Below are positions 48,389 through 62,908 of a DNA stretch of 64,000 bases, piece by piece. The notes under the pieces were generated by a model. That model was given only the letters and a program-made list of their open reading frames with translations. It did not search any database and was not told where the DNA came from. The stretch comes from Lama guanicoe (Eukaryota). The stretch is taken from positions 3,933,567 to 3,997,566 of the forward strand of contig MU053629.1 of assembly GCA_013239625.1 (NCBI GenBank), read 5' to 3'. Position numbers and translations under genes: made by a program. Every line of letters begins with the position of its first letter. Position 1 is the first letter of the stretch.

Positions 48389-50676
48389 TTACGTTTGTGA
48401 GTGTGTGTGTGTGGTGGAGGAGGGGGCGGGCCACACGGGCTGCTGCAGGCTGGAGAGGGCAGGAGGCCACTCTTGAAGCCCTGCCACCCAGTACCCAGGT
48501 CCTTCCTTTATAAGTCAGACACCCTCGTGAAGCTGTGGGGTGGGGGTGGGGGTCCCTGCATCGGGGAAAGGCAGCTCCTGGGCCCTCAGATGCAGGTCCC
48601 CACCCTCCACGACACTCCAAGCAGAGCCAGAGAGAGATTCCTCCGCCCGGGGGAGGGGAGGCAGCCCTGACCTTCTCCCTCTGGACACACTGGGCCTTGG
48701 ATGGGGACTGTCCCTTGGGTCCCCTCTCCGTGGGAGGCCCTAGCGGGCCTCTAGCCCAATCCCCAGAGGAGGCAGGGGCCAGCCCTGGCTCACACGATGA
48801 GGAGAAGCAGAGCTGGGACTCACTCGAGGCCCGGGGTCTCCAGTTCCCACCGTCTAATGTGCATAAGGGCCTCATTCAAGTTGGTCAGCACAGAACAGGC
48901 AGCCCCAACCCCAGAGCCTACCCACTCCCTGTGCTGTTAAACTGGGAACCCAGTGTCCCCATGCTTTCTCGGGGGGGCAAGGCCACTGCCACTGGGGGGC
49001 AACCTCCCTGGCAGCACCCGCAGCCCATAGCTGCTCACCTGCACCATGCCTAGGACGCTGTGAGGGCTGACTTCAGGAATGCTTCAGAACACTCTCGGGC
49101 TTGGCAAAGGTTTCTTCTGACTCCCCAGGGGGCAGTATCTTCCCCAGGGCGGGGCCTGTGCCTCCTCCATCAGGTTGGAGACTCCTGGTCTCAGCTCTCC
49201 AGCCCTTTGGCACCGAGTCTCACCCCAGGACCCCCGAGGCTGGCTAGGGACCCCCTCACACACCTCCTACTCCAGGCCAGGCCCCGCTGAGGTCCTGAGG
49301 TGGAGGCCTGGGTCAGGCCAGGGTGGGGTAGATTTTTCTGGAAGCTTCTGTGGTCGTGGACCATGTCTTATTTGTTCCTATGCCCCCTGTACCCATCCTA
49401 GAGCCTGGCATGGAGTGGGCTTTTGTGACGTGAAAGAGGTGACTCGGGACGTTACTGATGTCATTTGAGGAGCTCTAGGAAGAGATTCCAGCCCCCCCCC
49501 ACCGTCAACTCCTCAGGAGCCACAGTGTGGAACTCGACTGAGAGACGCCCGTGCCTTGACGGTCTCTTCATGGGAATAAATCAGGCGATTAGTTTCTTCT
49601 GCTCTGGGGCCCAGAGGCCTCGGAACTTCTGAGATCAGACTGAAGGTATGGGTGGGGAGAGCTGCTGCAAGAGAGAAGGACTGAGACCCCAGGGAGGGGC
49701 TGACCTCCGGACACAGGCTTCGGCGACGGGAACAGCCAGGCCTGTCTGGGAGGGAGCCTCTGACAGACGCTTTATCAGGCCCTGTCGCCGGCGTTATCTG
49801 TGGCTTCTCAGCAAAGAAGGAGCCACAGTCCTCAGCCACCCTCAGACCACTCCAGGCCTGGAACAAAGCAGCCGAGTCAGCTGGCAGCCCCGTGGCTCCA
49901 CTGTTAGGCCGTGGGCTCTGCACCCCGGGGCCCACGTGGGGTGTTCAGGGAGGGTGGCCGGCCCCGCCTGGCGACGGCCCGTCTGCTGGGACTCCCCCCA
50001 CCCCGCCCAGTGCCTGCTTCCACCTCCCTGGAGCCTGTCTGCAGAATGGGGAAGGGGCACCGGGTCGCCCCCGCCCCTGCAGGGCCCGGCTGAAATGTCA
50101 ACCACAAAGGACGGGACACAGAGGGGCCTGTCCAGGAACAAGGGCCAAGTGTTGGCGTGGGATGGTGGCCGGGGCTGAGCTGGTCAAATGTTTACTTGGA
50201 ACCGTTCAAGTGGGCACCCTCCAGCCATGGGGTCAGCTGGTGTCTGGCACGGGGCCCCCTACCCACCACCATGGTGCACTGCAAGAGTTCAGACCTACCC
50301 CAGATGGGCTGGAATCCAAAAGCACCCCGAGGGGGCTGCCATTCTAGGCCTTGACATTGTCACTCCCTCCCAGTCCCTATCCACTGCTGGGGACAGAAAG
50401 AGCTGGGAGGGTCGGTTCATCCTCTCTTGTTCTGGAAGCACCTGCTTCCCTGGTCTCCTGCAGAGCTGCCATGAATGGTTGCGCAGGTTGTGCACTGCAA
50501 AAGGACACCTCACCACTGAAGCAAGTTGACTGAGATCCTTGCAAGGGTGAGGAGCTGCATCAGCCCAGAGGGTGCTTTTTTGCAACGGTCTTCTAGGAGG
50601 GGGCACCTCTGTGTGCTGAGCACTGGGGATATTAACATGGTTCTATTGGTAGGACCAGCTTATAGTCTGTTAGGGG

Positions 50677-50762
50677 TAGGGTTGCCTGATATAATACAGG
50701 ATGCCTAGTCAGATAAACAACAAATATTTTTTTCAAAGTGTAATTGTGTCCCATGCAATATT
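50677..50762. mobile_element. MER53-like hAT fragment
   Basis: tagggttgcctgatataatacaggatgcctagt..cagataaacaacaaata..gtcccatgcaatatt. Confidence 0.6.
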
Positions 50763-53700
50763 GTAATGTCTGAGCATCATGGGTGAATGAAGTCTGGTCA
50801 GATCAGACCTCCCCCCAAATCCTCCCCAGCACATAGGGCCCTAAGGGTCTTGAAGGTGACTGTGAGAGGCAGAAAAGAGGCTACTGTGGCCGGAGGGCAG
50901 TCCTAGAGGAAACAGGGGTGAGATGGAGTGTGGACTTGGAGGCCGAGGTTCTCTGAGTGAGATGGGGCCACCGGAGGGTTTGAGCAGGGGACTCACGTTG
51001 TAACAGGCTCCCTCTGGCGGCGGTGTTGAGAATAGGCGGGAGGGGCCTGGACGAAGCCGGCGGACCTGGGAGGTGACTGCCCCGAGTCAGGCCCGAGGAC
51101 CAGGGCAGCGGGCAAGGAGCTGGAGAGACGCGGCTGATTCTGGACTTTTGCTTATGGCAAACGTCAAACATGTACAGAAGTAGAGAGACTCAAACAAGGA
51201 ACTCCCGTGTCCCCATCACTCACTTTAATCTTCATTAGCTCACAGCCAATTCTGTTTCATGGAAACTTTTCACCCCTCTTGACAACTGGATTATTTTGAA
51301 ACAAACCCCAGATACCATATTATTTCATCCATAAATATGTCAGTATGTATCACTGGAAGATAAGGCCTGGGTATATTTTAAAGCAGGAGCCACCAGGAAT
51401 TTGCCCCAAGACCTCGAACAGTCTGTTACAGAGAGAGGAAGCCCCTGACCTCATGAAACCCATCGCTGAGCAGTTAGTTTCCCAGTCTTAGGACCACCTC
51501 TCCTAAAGCTTTCTAGTGTTTTCCGCCTTGGGCCTCCTCTCTGGCACCTGCCTGTCTGTGCGCTCTTCTACCGTGATGCTCCACTGGCTGGGGTCTTGGG
51601 ACACTGGCATGACTCCCCTTCGGAGCTCCTGCCTTCTCCCCAGACCTCACAGCAGCCTGAAGCCTGTCCTCTTTCTGGTCTCTTGATAACCGGACTGTAC
51701 AGTGTCCGGGACTGAGGCTCCCTGGGCCCTCTTGGACGATCACTCTCTGTGACCTCAGGGAAAAGCAGGCGCCCTGGGTGAATGCGAGGGAAGCTTTGGG
51801 AAGTCACAGAGTAAGGGACAGGGGCACAGATTCAGACCTCAAAACCCTAGTAAGTGCAGGGAGGTGCTTTGCTTTCAAAAGGCCACCCGCTCTGGGAAGC
51901 AGTCTGGCTCTACCCCTCATTTATTGGGAGACCTTGCCTGGGTTTCTTCCCCTCTCTGGGCCTGGTTGTGCAGGACTGCTGCCTTCTCCCCTCCTTTCAG
52001 ATTCTGCTCCCCCAAAGTCCCTGGGGTGGGAGGAGTGGAGGGGCAAAGCTGGGCTTGGGGAGAGGCTGCTGGGAGCATGTACTTCCGACCCATCCACACA
52101 CACGTGGAGCCCCAGGCTGCAGGCACAGGAGCCCCATTTTACAGAAGAGGAAGGTGAGGTGCAGAGAAGTGAAGACACTTGACTAAGATCCCCTAGTTTG
52201 TAGGCAGCACGACCAGGACTTGAATCCGAGGCCAGGTGCTCAGCATTGGTGCCAAGGTGTCTTCACGGTTCTTGAGGCCCACCCTGGGGCAGAGCCCTCT
52301 TCAGCAGGCAGGCCCAGTCCTACCAGTGCGGTCCACATCCCAGCCACCCTGTCACTTCAGAGCATCCAGAAGCATGGTGCTCCTCCCCACCTCCTCACGG
52401 TGACACTGGAGGCCACTCACCTTCCTCTCGGTTCATTTTCACTCACCGAGCGAAAATGAGGGCTGGACTCCGTGGGCACCAGATGCACCCACATGTAATC
52501 CTCATAGCAACTGAGTGAGGTGTTGCGCCCATTTTATAGATGTGGAAACTGATGCCCAGAGAGGAGCAGTGACCTGCAAAGCTACCCAGCGCCTCCCCAC
52601 CATGGTGGAGGCAGGATGGAAACCAGGGTTCTCCGACTCCAGGTGGCCTTGCCACTGCACGGCAGGGACTGGCTCAGAACAGCACCACATCCAGTGACCC
52701 AGTGCCATTTGGCTGTCCTGGCTTCAGGCATCCTCTTCTTCCCCCTCCTCCCCCCGTAACTCCTCTGTCATAGTTTCACCTACTTAATCACACTTGATCT
52801 TCTAATAATGGTGGGAGGCAGGTATGGTGACTGCTTGGCTTTTGTAGGTGAAGTGCCACACATGCCTCCAGGGAGAGTGTGTTTGGAAACTTCCTGAAAC
52901 TCCCCCAAGGCTTGAGTCGCTCTCTGAGCTGCCCACAGATGCTTACGTTCTTCTAGCGCCCCCTACAGCCTCCCATCAACATTGACTCACCCTGCTGGGT
53001 CATTTAGAAAGCCTTTTCTGAAAAGTTTTCTTTCTTTCCCCTTTGAGGTCAATATCTCTCCTGGTTGCCACGTCTGGACTCTCCCCTGGCGAGTTGGGAC
53101 CCACCTCGTCCCTTCTTGCGCCCCATATTCAGCAATAGTTAAAACAAGTTTGCCTTCTGTAACTCCATCTTCAGGAAACTAGGATACAATTAAGGCTTAA
53201 CAAACTAGGGAGGTTGTCGAGCTTACAAACCACAAAAGTGAGTCTGGGTTTTCCCCTACCTGAGAGTTCTTTGGGGTGAGATCTGTGTCCTCCCATCAGA
53301 TTAGGACGGTGTCTCCCCTGGGGTCCCCACTCCCAGGGTGGAGGCCCTGCAGGGCAATGACTCTGGCAGTGAGTGGGGAGAGGTGGCTCTGGGTTCTGCC
53401 CACCAGCAAGCCCGTGGGTGGCTCTCTGCCCGGAGCAGGATGGGAGCCCTGTGTTTCCTGGCGCTCAGGCAGGGCATAGGAAGGGGCAAGAGAGACCAGG
53501 TGGGAGCCAGCTTAGGGCTCTCTCTGCGCACACAGGCCTGTCTCAGAGCCCAGAGGAACTTGAACTTGGGCAGCAATGAGACTGAGTCCTTCCAAGAGTG
53601 AGCACATTTGGGCAGAAGCTAACTGTTCCAGGAGGCGGTAGCCCCGGGCTCATTGTAGGAGAGGGTCAGGGTCAGGAGAAGGGGGTAAGAAGTCCCCGTG

Positions 53701-53914
53701 GTCTCCAGGATGCCGCCCTGAATGTCCTGCTGCCCCGGTCACACCCACTCCTGGGGCCTATTGGTCCCCACCCTCCATCTCATACAGGCACGTTCCTGTT
53801 CTCACCTCCTCCTCTTTCTGGATTGTTTCTCTTGGTTCACTCATTCATCTGTATTCAATCAACATTTAATCGATCATCTACCAAGTGCCAGGTTCTTGTT
53901 TGTTTGGGGGAGTT

Positions 53915-56345
53915 CATGGAGGTGTAATTTACATATTGTAAATGTCACCCCATTTTTGTGTATAAGGTTTGGCAAATGTATAACAATTGTGTAAATACCA
54001 CCATAATTAAGATAGTGAAGATTTCCCTCAGTAGTTCCTTCTGCTCCTTTGTCATCAGCACCTCCTCTCACTCCTGGCCCCTGGCAGCCTCTGATCTGTT
54101 TTCTGTCGCTACAGTTTTGCCTTTTCCAGAATGCCCTGTGAATAGAATCATGCAGCAGGCAGCCTTTTGAATCTGGCTTCTTTTACTCAACATCAGTGCT
54201 TTTGAGAGTCATTTGTGTTCCACGTGTTTGTATTCCTTTCCTTATTGCAGAGTTTTCCTTCCATTGTAAGATACACGCAATTTATTTATCTCTTCACTAG
54301 TTGACGAACATTTGGATTGTTTCCAGTGTTTGGCAGTTATGAATAATGCCTCTGTAAATTTTTGTAGGTTTTTGTGCAAACAGATTTTCACGTGTAGGTT
54401 TTTGTACAAACATAAATTTTCATTTTTCTGGGCTAGATCTCTAAAAGTGGGATTGCTGAGTCATACGTAAGTGTATGTTTCACTTCGTGGGAACCTGCCA
54501 AGCTGCTATCCGGAATGGCTCTACTATTTTCAAAGTAATAATAACCTTTTAATGTCTAAATACTCATTTGAGTGTCTTGACAAACGCGAGGAGGAATCCT
54601 AGTCCTAACTGGAAGGATCAGTTTGGGGGCAATGTTAAGTTTTTGTTTCTCTAGGTAAAGATCCGGGGGCGGGGCTGCTGGGGTTGTATGTTAAGCGTAT
54701 TTTAAGAAACTAGCAGACTGCTTTCCAAGATCACTGCACCACCCGCATTACCACCCAGTAGCCTATGAGTCTCAGTGTTCCACATCCTTACCCGGTGCCA
54801 GCGGTTTTTCCTTGAAGTTTTATTATGAAAATTTCAAACATCTACAAAAGTAGAAAGAATAGTACTATGAACAAACCCAAACCCCCGTGCACTCATCAGC
54901 TGGCTTCAGCAGCTCCCATCTCATCAACCTTAGATCTTGTTTCATGCCCCGCTCCCCAGCAACGACCAAATTAGTTTTGGAGCAAATCCCGGATGTCATA
55001 TCATTTTATTCATAAATATTCAATATTATCTCTAAGAGCTAAGGCTTCTTTCCATGATACCGTTATCACATCAACCACGTGTGTCATCACAGTGAATACC
55101 CTCAAATATCCAGTCAGGGCTCCCATTTTCCGGATTGTCTCATGAATATCATAATGATTTTTTTTTTTACAACTTGGTTGTTTCCATCAGGACGCCCGTA
55201 AGGTCCGCACATTGTGATTGGTTCACGTGTCTTTGAGTCACTTTGCTTGGAAGTCACTGGAATGGTTCCTCTCTTTGTGGTTGCATCACTAACTCAGTGC
55301 TTAGGTTGGTTTGTTTCATGTTGCTTTCAGTTCTTATGAATTTATTTCAATTTTTAAGTTGTGTTTATGGTTCCAAAGTCTATCATCCAAAATAAAGTAC
55401 ATTTGGAAAGGTCTAACTTTTATTTGTGTCCCCCTTATCCAATCCTCCCTCCCTAAAACTATTAATTTTTTTAAATTATGCTTTATCCTTATAGTTATTT
55501 ATATATATACACACGTGTGTGTTCCTTACATTGATTATATATAAATTTAAATTAAATATAACTATAAGTGAAATATATATATATGTATATATAAATATAT
55601 ATAACACACACACACACACACACAGACACATTTGTGTCCCTCCCCTCCCTCCTCTTCTTGGATAAGTGTGGCCACGCAACTACACTTTCCTCCACCTGGC
55701 TTCGTTCATGGCACCTCTCGTCCTGCGATCTCTCACCCACTGAGGTCTGATCTCCCCTGTTCTTCACTGCCGGGGTCCTCCTTTGTGCTAATAACCACAG
55801 CTCCCTGCTGGGGGACATTTCCCTTGTTTCCAGTCCTTTGCTTTTCCAAACAGAGTTGCAGTAAAAAGCCTTGTGCTTCCATCTTTGGGCGTACCTGCTG
55901 GAGTGGATTCCCAGCTGTGGGATTCCCGAGTCACAGCTGGAATACACACGCGACTCTGTTAACTTTTGCCCAGTCCGCTGCAAAGGAATCGCACCATTTT
56001 GCGTTTAATCAGCTGCCCAGGCCAGTGCTAGTTTCTCCACAGCCTCCCTAGCAGAACGTGTTGCCGAATGTTGGAATTTTGCCAATCTGCGGAATAGTTT
56101 CAATTTGCATTTCTTTCACTTTATCGTGGTTGATCATCTTTTCATAGGGTTAAGGGCCATTTGCATTTCTTTTTCTATGAATTGTCTCGTAATATTTTTT
56201 TAGCCCTCCTTTTTTTTTCTGGGAGGTTGTTGGGTTTTTCCTTTTCTCCTTTTAGAAGCTCTTTATAAATTGGAAACATTAATCCCTTGTCTATGGTAAA
56301 GGTTAGGTATTTTCCCCACTTGGTCATTTGTCTTGTTTGTTTTTT
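53915..56345 (-). mobile_element. Nested old L1 3'-region fragments (L1MB/L1MC/L1ME-like) with AT/AC microsatellites at ~55500-55625
   Basis: T-rich; tgatctgttttctgtcgctacagttttgccttttccagaatg, catttggattgtttccagt, gggattgctgagtcata, tttcaatttgcatttct. Confidence 0.8.
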
Positions 56346-59300
56346 TCATTTGTTCATTTGTTCATTCATTCATTCATCAGTCTCAAGCCACTGGATGCTG
56401 GGAGTGCAGAAGCTGTGAACAGGGTGACGCTGTGGGGGCTCCACCGCCGTGTGATGCCCAAACCAGAACCTTGGGCTGATCCTGGACAGTCCCTGCCCCA
56501 ACCCCTCCCCGTGCTGTCCTTTCTGCTCCCTGTCCCCTCTCCTGCTGTCCAGTGACCGCCTTGCTCAGGCCCTCAGCATTTCCCAATCTGTGCTCACTGG
56601 GGGCCAGAAATGGGCCTGAGTATCTCTCTGTGTCCCTCAGCGTGCCTGGAAGCTGATGAGTGAGGGAGTGAAGAAAGAGCAAGTCAGTGAATGTTTGAAT
56701 CTCATGAGGATGAAACAGCCTCTCAGCCCAAGAAGGCAGGTCAGGCGGGAGCTTGGAAAAGTACCTTCAGGGTCAAGGTTTCTTAACCCCTCACATTCTC
56801 TTCAGTCCTAACTCGGGTTGGGATTCCTGTTCTCAAATTACTCTCAGATGATATATAATACTGCTTCATTTCATGATCTAAAAGAATGTCTGTCTGCTTA
56901 TTGTAGAAAATGTGGAAAATACAGAGATATATATATAACAAAGAGACTAGAAATAATAACCCATTAACCAGAGCAAACCACTGTGGACATTTCGTTGTAT
57001 TTCCATTCAAATTTCTTTTTTTTTTACATATTTTATTTTTACATATTCTATATTTACATATTATGTTTTTACATCTTTTATATTTACGTATACATTCACA
57101 CACACAGAATACCTCTTAACGTTATTAACATACATATTCCTTCATGGTATTAACCTTCAGCACATCGTCATGACTTTGAATGATCATATAATCTGCCATG
57201 AAATGAATGTATCATATCCTAACCCCTCTACTTAACCACTCTGAGCCTCAGTTTCCTCATCTGTAAAATGGAGATGATATGTGCTTCCTAGTAAGTTCCT
57301 TGTGAGACGTAATCGTGACTATATTCATGGTACGCACTCAGAATGTTTTAGACATTGTCCTTATGATTATGATTATTTCCTAATTGTGGACATTTAAATT
57401 CTATTTTTATTCTATTGCAAATAACATTGTAACGAACCTCTCTACTCGTGGGAGTTCTGTTGGGGCATCTGAGAGGGTGCTCCACTCCCACCCCCAAACT
57501 CCACACAAGGCTTGCTGGGGAGACCCCCTGGCTGAAAGTCAGGACGGCAGGCGTTGGCTGGTAGCCTGGGCAGAGGCCAGTCCACTCTGGGGAACAGCAT
57601 CTGTAAAGGCTCAGAAGCTTGAAAGAGCATGGGTTCCGATGTGCTTGGTACGGCCATAATTCTTGCCCCCATTTTAGTCCTTTCTGGAGCAGTGGTGATG
57701 TGAAAACCGTGTGTGCTTGCCCAGGGGGTACCTCTTTCTCAGCTGTAATCCTGTTGACTTTCGGAGTTAAAGTTTAAGAACCATCTGCTCACATCCAGCT
57801 GTTGAGATGGCCGCTCCTGCTGCCCTCACCTTGATCAAATCAGCCTGCTGTCTGAGCCTCGGCTCCCCCATGTGTAAAAACGCCTTGTTGGCTTCTCTGT
57901 TCCTTCTGCCTGGGGTGGGTGCTTAAGCCCAGGCTGGGCTCTCTTTGCTGGGATGCTGGAGGCGCCCTCTTGTGGCCAGCACTGGCCATGCAACCCGGGA
58001 ATGGGCTTGGCAATGGACATGGCCTTTGGAATTTTAGTGTGTGTGTGTGAGCGTGCCTGTGTACTGGAACGGTACACAGGGGATGTGTGACAGGCTCATG
58101 ATACACAGAATACAGAGCTTTCCTAACTCTCTGATGAAAATGCAGACAGAGGGTTGGGACCACTGAAAGCAAACGCAAAAGCTGGCAAAATCTTTCTGGG
58201 TCCTCTGGGTCACCCAGGGTTGCAGAATTCCCTGGGCCACCCATCTCATCAATACACATGAAAGCATTACTCCTCTGCTCAAAATCCCATCCTTTTGCCC
58301 CTCTGCTGAACAGGGTAAATATCAAACTCCAGGCCAGGGCATTTAGGGCCCTTCAGAAGCTAATCCCTGCTTGTTACCAACGGCCCCTGTGGCCCCATTT
58401 TTCATTTATGTCTGTCTTTCCAATCCAGGCAACTACTTGATCCTTTCCCATATTCTCTCCCATATCCTCTCCTTTTGCTGGTTCTTTTTCCCAGAGTGTT
58501 CTACCCTCTCCTTTAGTCCTCACAGCAACTTTAAAACTTAAATGTCACCTCCTCAAGGAAGGCCTCCAGGATTTTCCCACTTGGGTCCAAGCTCTCCTTC
58601 CTGTGAACTTCCCAGTAACTACATCTGTCTCCTGGTATGTAGAGAATTAGCGATTACCCAGATAACTTGGGTTAAAGATGTTCAGTTCAGTAGCCCTTCC
58701 TTGAGGACTGGCTCCATGTCTGCTCCCTATCTGTGCCCTTCCAAACACAGAGCCCTCCCTGTTGGTATCCGGGCTGCCCTCTACAGAGCCCTGACTCCCA
58801 TCCTCTCCTCCACCTCCTCTGAACCCTTGCCTGTAGCCAGAAGGGACTGCTCTCATGGAAGGAGGTCTAGTGGTAGAAGAGAAAGACATGAGCCTTATGT
58901 CAGACTCCTGTTGGACCCTGCCCTTCAGAAGGCAAATGGCTGCCCACAGGCTCCAGCTGCTGAGCTGTGTGTGGGAGGTTGGTCTCTGGGTGTCCACAAG
59001 GATGGGTCAGATCCTGGTCACTGCCCAGCTCTTCCCTTCAGGGACAGAAGTCGTAACTGCAGCCCTAGCAACAATACTTCTGGATATTTGTAGAAGTCTG
59101 CTATTGTCAGTTTGTTGTGCTCTCTAACAGCCCATTTCTAGATGAGGAAACAGGGGATCAGAGAGGCTAAGTAACTTGCTCAAGGTCACACAGCTTGGAG
59201 AGAGAATGCTCAAACTCAGTCCCTGCTTTCCAAGTATCTCCAAATCCTGTACAGTTCCCGGAACACTCTGCTGTCACTGTGTCTTGCACAATGTATATAC

Positions 59301-59639
59301 TTGATGAATTCTTGGATAATAAAACACAGGCATAATGAACATATAACTCTCCTTTCTGCTAGTCATCTAGTCAGCCTCAGGCCCACATGTTTACTTCTGT
59401 ATACAGGAAGAATCCCAGAACTGGGGTTGCCCTAGAGGGGCACGGCTCCAGGGGCTGAATGAGTGGTGGCGTCTGGATCCCAGGATGGATGAATTCCCTG
59501 AGTCTGGGTTTTAGGGGTAATAGGTCCCAGGCATGGTGAAGACTGGCACCTGCTGGCCCACTGTCCCAGCTGGTGTGTGGCCCATAGGTGTCCTACAACT
59601 TTAGGAACCACAAAGTGGTCTCACAGCCAGGACTGGCCT

Positions 59640-60020
59640 GTAGGGTAAGGACTGCAAATTAATCCAGATTCGCTTAGAGCAGACACCAAGACAGGATGAG
59701 ATATGTAAGAGGTTTATGAGGGGACATACCTGGGAGGGGAAATGGAGAGGAGCAAGGAGAGGCTGGGAGAGCAACAGAACTTGATGGGGATCTGACCTGT
59801 GTGAAGGAGACAGGGAAGGAGACAGGCAGCCTGAGCGGAAGCATTTTTGACGGTAGAGCAGTTCTAAGAAAGTTCGGAAGGCCAGTGGGGAGTCTTCCAG
59901 CCGAGGTGCCTGTCAGAGGGGTCCTGTCTTTCTCAGGAATGGGTCTCTTTTATATTCTTGCTGCGCTCGGTCACTCGATGGTGGGGCGACAGCCCCTGGA
60001 GGCACACGACTTGTGGTGTG
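59640..60020. mobile_element. Old ERVL-type LTR fragment (LTR67/LTR16-like)
   Basis: agcagacaccaagacaggat..gaggtttat..ggctgggagagc..gcagttctaagaaagtt..gccagtggggagtc; family assigned from memory only. Confidence 0.45.
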
Positions 60021-62705
60021 CCTAATGGTGAAAAGGCATGCATCGTGACCATGGTGAGAAAACCCTTTTTGGAGTGGTGGTGGTGGTGTGAATGCTTTGT
60101 GGACTGGCCTGGGGCTGCCTCTCTCTCAGTCTTGATACTGCTGACCTTCAAATTGAAGCTTAAGAGCCGTCTGCTCACGTCCACCTTTGAGGTGGTCCTC
60201 CCTCCCCTTGACCACATCATCCTCTTCTCTAAGCCTTGGTTTCCCCATGTGGAAAACGGTCCTTAAGGCCCAGACCGCAGCTGCTAAAGCTACTGGTCAG
60301 TTAAGCTCCACAGTCAGAGATCTGAGAGGGAGGGGCCTTCTCACGGCCACCACACTGGCCTCACAGGTCCTCCTGTCACCAGCCTGGCCTGGAGGACAGA
60401 CATAGATGCCCACGGCCGAGGGAGGGAGAATCCGGAACCCTGTAAGCCCAGGAGAGAAGCTGATTGGCCCAGCCTGGGTCAGGTGTCCAGCTCTGGTCCA
60501 ATCACAACAGCCGGGGGTGGAGCCACTTGCCTGGCAGCCCATTCAGTGGGGCCTTCGAACCGTCTGTCGGAAGTGAAGGTGCCCATCGCTGGGCGTGCGC
60601 ACCGGCGGGGAGGTGAGGGAGCATACTGTGTTGGTGGCATTCTGTTGCTAGATGTGCCCGCTCAGCGTGACACACCTGGTGGCTCCACGAGGCCAGGAGC
60701 TGGACTTTTGTTCGTCTCGGTGCTGGGTCGTGCACGCTGCCTCCGCCGAGGAGCGTGTGCGCCCGCCTGCCCTGCTGTTGCCCACGTTGAACGGCTGAGC
60801 TCTGCTGGCCCGGGCAGGCGCTATGCCTACCTGGTGGCCGCCACCCCAGGGCAGGAGCATCCGGATCTAGCTTCCCATTAGCCTGGAAGCCTCTGGGAGG
60901 CAGGGACCACTGAGGTTCAACAGCCCAGGCTCTAGCCTTGAGTTTGGGTCTGGCTCTTCTACGAACTTGAGCAAGTTCCTTCCCTCCTGTGGCCTCAGTT
61001 CCCTCATCTGTCAAGTGGGTTTCATCACACTGAGCTGGTGGGGAAGAAACTATGTGGTGTGGAGGTTTGGGGCTCCATGGTCAAGTTGATTTGGGTCCAG
61101 CTTCCCAGTTACTTGCTGTGTGATCTTGAGCAAGTTATTCAATCTCTTGAAGCCTCCATTTCCCCATCTATAAATGGGAACAAAGAAGAATCTCGCTTTC
61201 ATTCCCCGAAAGGTAGTGTGCTGGGGGTACAGTCACTCATCTCTTATCCCCTCTCCTCCTTCCCAGCCCCAGCCGTTGCAGCTTCCTGACTAATGAGTCA
61301 AGCAGGGATTGGTGTCTGGCCCGCAGTGGGGCTCAACTTTACAGGAACAGTGGGAACGTACTGCAGACCTCTTTCCTCAACCTCGTCTACTCAATGTTTG
61401 GGGAGTACTTCCTGCCTGGCAGGTAAGTCCAAGCCTTGAGGGGCACTTCTGCACAGGACAGGATGCGTCCTTCTGTGAGAACACTCTCTGCAGGCCTGAG
61501 AGGAGCCTGTCGTGGAGGTCTGGACATCCGGATTTCAATCCAGTCCTTGTTACTTACTCCCTGTGAGGCTGCCCTAAACTAAATAAAGCTGGGGAGGGAG
61601 GAGACTCTTCGGGGAGGTGAGAGAAGGGGATGGATTTCCCAGTTAGGCCTGGGGATCCAAACATGGAGAGGCCTTGGCCCCTAGGGTAGCCAAGGAGGTG
61701 GGAGAAGCCTGGACTGCCTTGTGCTGTGACAGGTACTGCGTGGATGCAGAAGTCATGCAGTGGGCACGTCCAGGCAGGTGGGCCTGAAATGGCCTCACAG
61801 AGCTCCCAGGAGGCTCCTGTGTGTCCAAGAGGGCTTCCCACAGCCTGGAGAGGTGTGGCCTCAGGAGTGTGTGTCTGATGTGCCCAAGAGTGTGGCACAG
61901 ACAAGGCACAAAGGGCAGGAGGACCCGGAGCGGCTGAGGTGGAGCCCAGAGGGAGGCTATGTGTGGTCGATGGGGACCGATGTCTGATTGCCAGACATCT
62001 TGGGGGAGGACAGCAAGGCAGATGCCCGAGAACTGGGTCTTCCTCGTGTTCGCCCTCCTCTGCGTCAGCACCACATAATCATCACACCAATCCAAGAACT
62101 GGGGTGTAGCTCTGACTGAGATGAGATGTCCTCCATTCAGCTGAAACAAGGCTCAAAATAGAAATGCAATTCAATTAGGTGGGGACAGTTCTATTTCTCA
62201 TTACCTCAGTATGCAGTCTGAGATTTGTACTTGCTACCCAAGGATAAAGGGGACATGATACAGGTTCATACAGGTGAGAAGAGGTGGCTTTCAAAGATAA
62301 TCAAACTAACGTTAATTTTTACATCTGCAACACTGGACAACAGAACGTCCATGGACTATTAGGGAAAAGATTTGTGATCCAAGTCTTTGTGTCAGTCAAG
62401 ATACTTCTGTCAGGGCATTTTGGGGCACGTGAAGACTGAACAAAAGAATCAAAGAAATACTCAAAACTGGGTTAGAAGAGAGATTGCAAGATACGGGATG
62501 AAAAAGTGTACAGGAAATCATAGGAAGGAATGGCTACATATAGTTAAATCTAAATGGTGATGTGATTAATAATTTATAATTTTAAAGTAGGGATTCTTTT
62601 CTTTTTCTGTTGAAGTATAGTCACAAAGTAGGGATTCCTGCAACAAAGAAAGCCATGACTGTAAGGAAAAACTTACTAAGAGTCAGAAATGAAATAATCG
62701 AAGTC

Positions 62706-62908
62706 AGCAGTGTCCAATGCGGCAGCCACTACTCATATGTGGCTCTTCACATCTAAATTAATTAAAGTTAAATAAAATCAGAGATTCAGCTCTTCAGTTG
62801 CACTAGCCACTTTGCACATGTTTAATGGCCACACGTGGGTAGTGGCTACTCTGTTGGGCATTGAATATACATTTCTATTATTGAAGAAAATTCTTTTGGG
62901 CATCGCTG
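62706..62908. mobile_element. MER3/MER33-like hAT-Charlie element
   Basis: cagcagtgtccaat..gcagccacta..catatgtggct..taaattaattaaa..cagttgcactagccac..ggccacacgtgggtagtggctac..gggcatcgctg. Confidence 0.75.
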
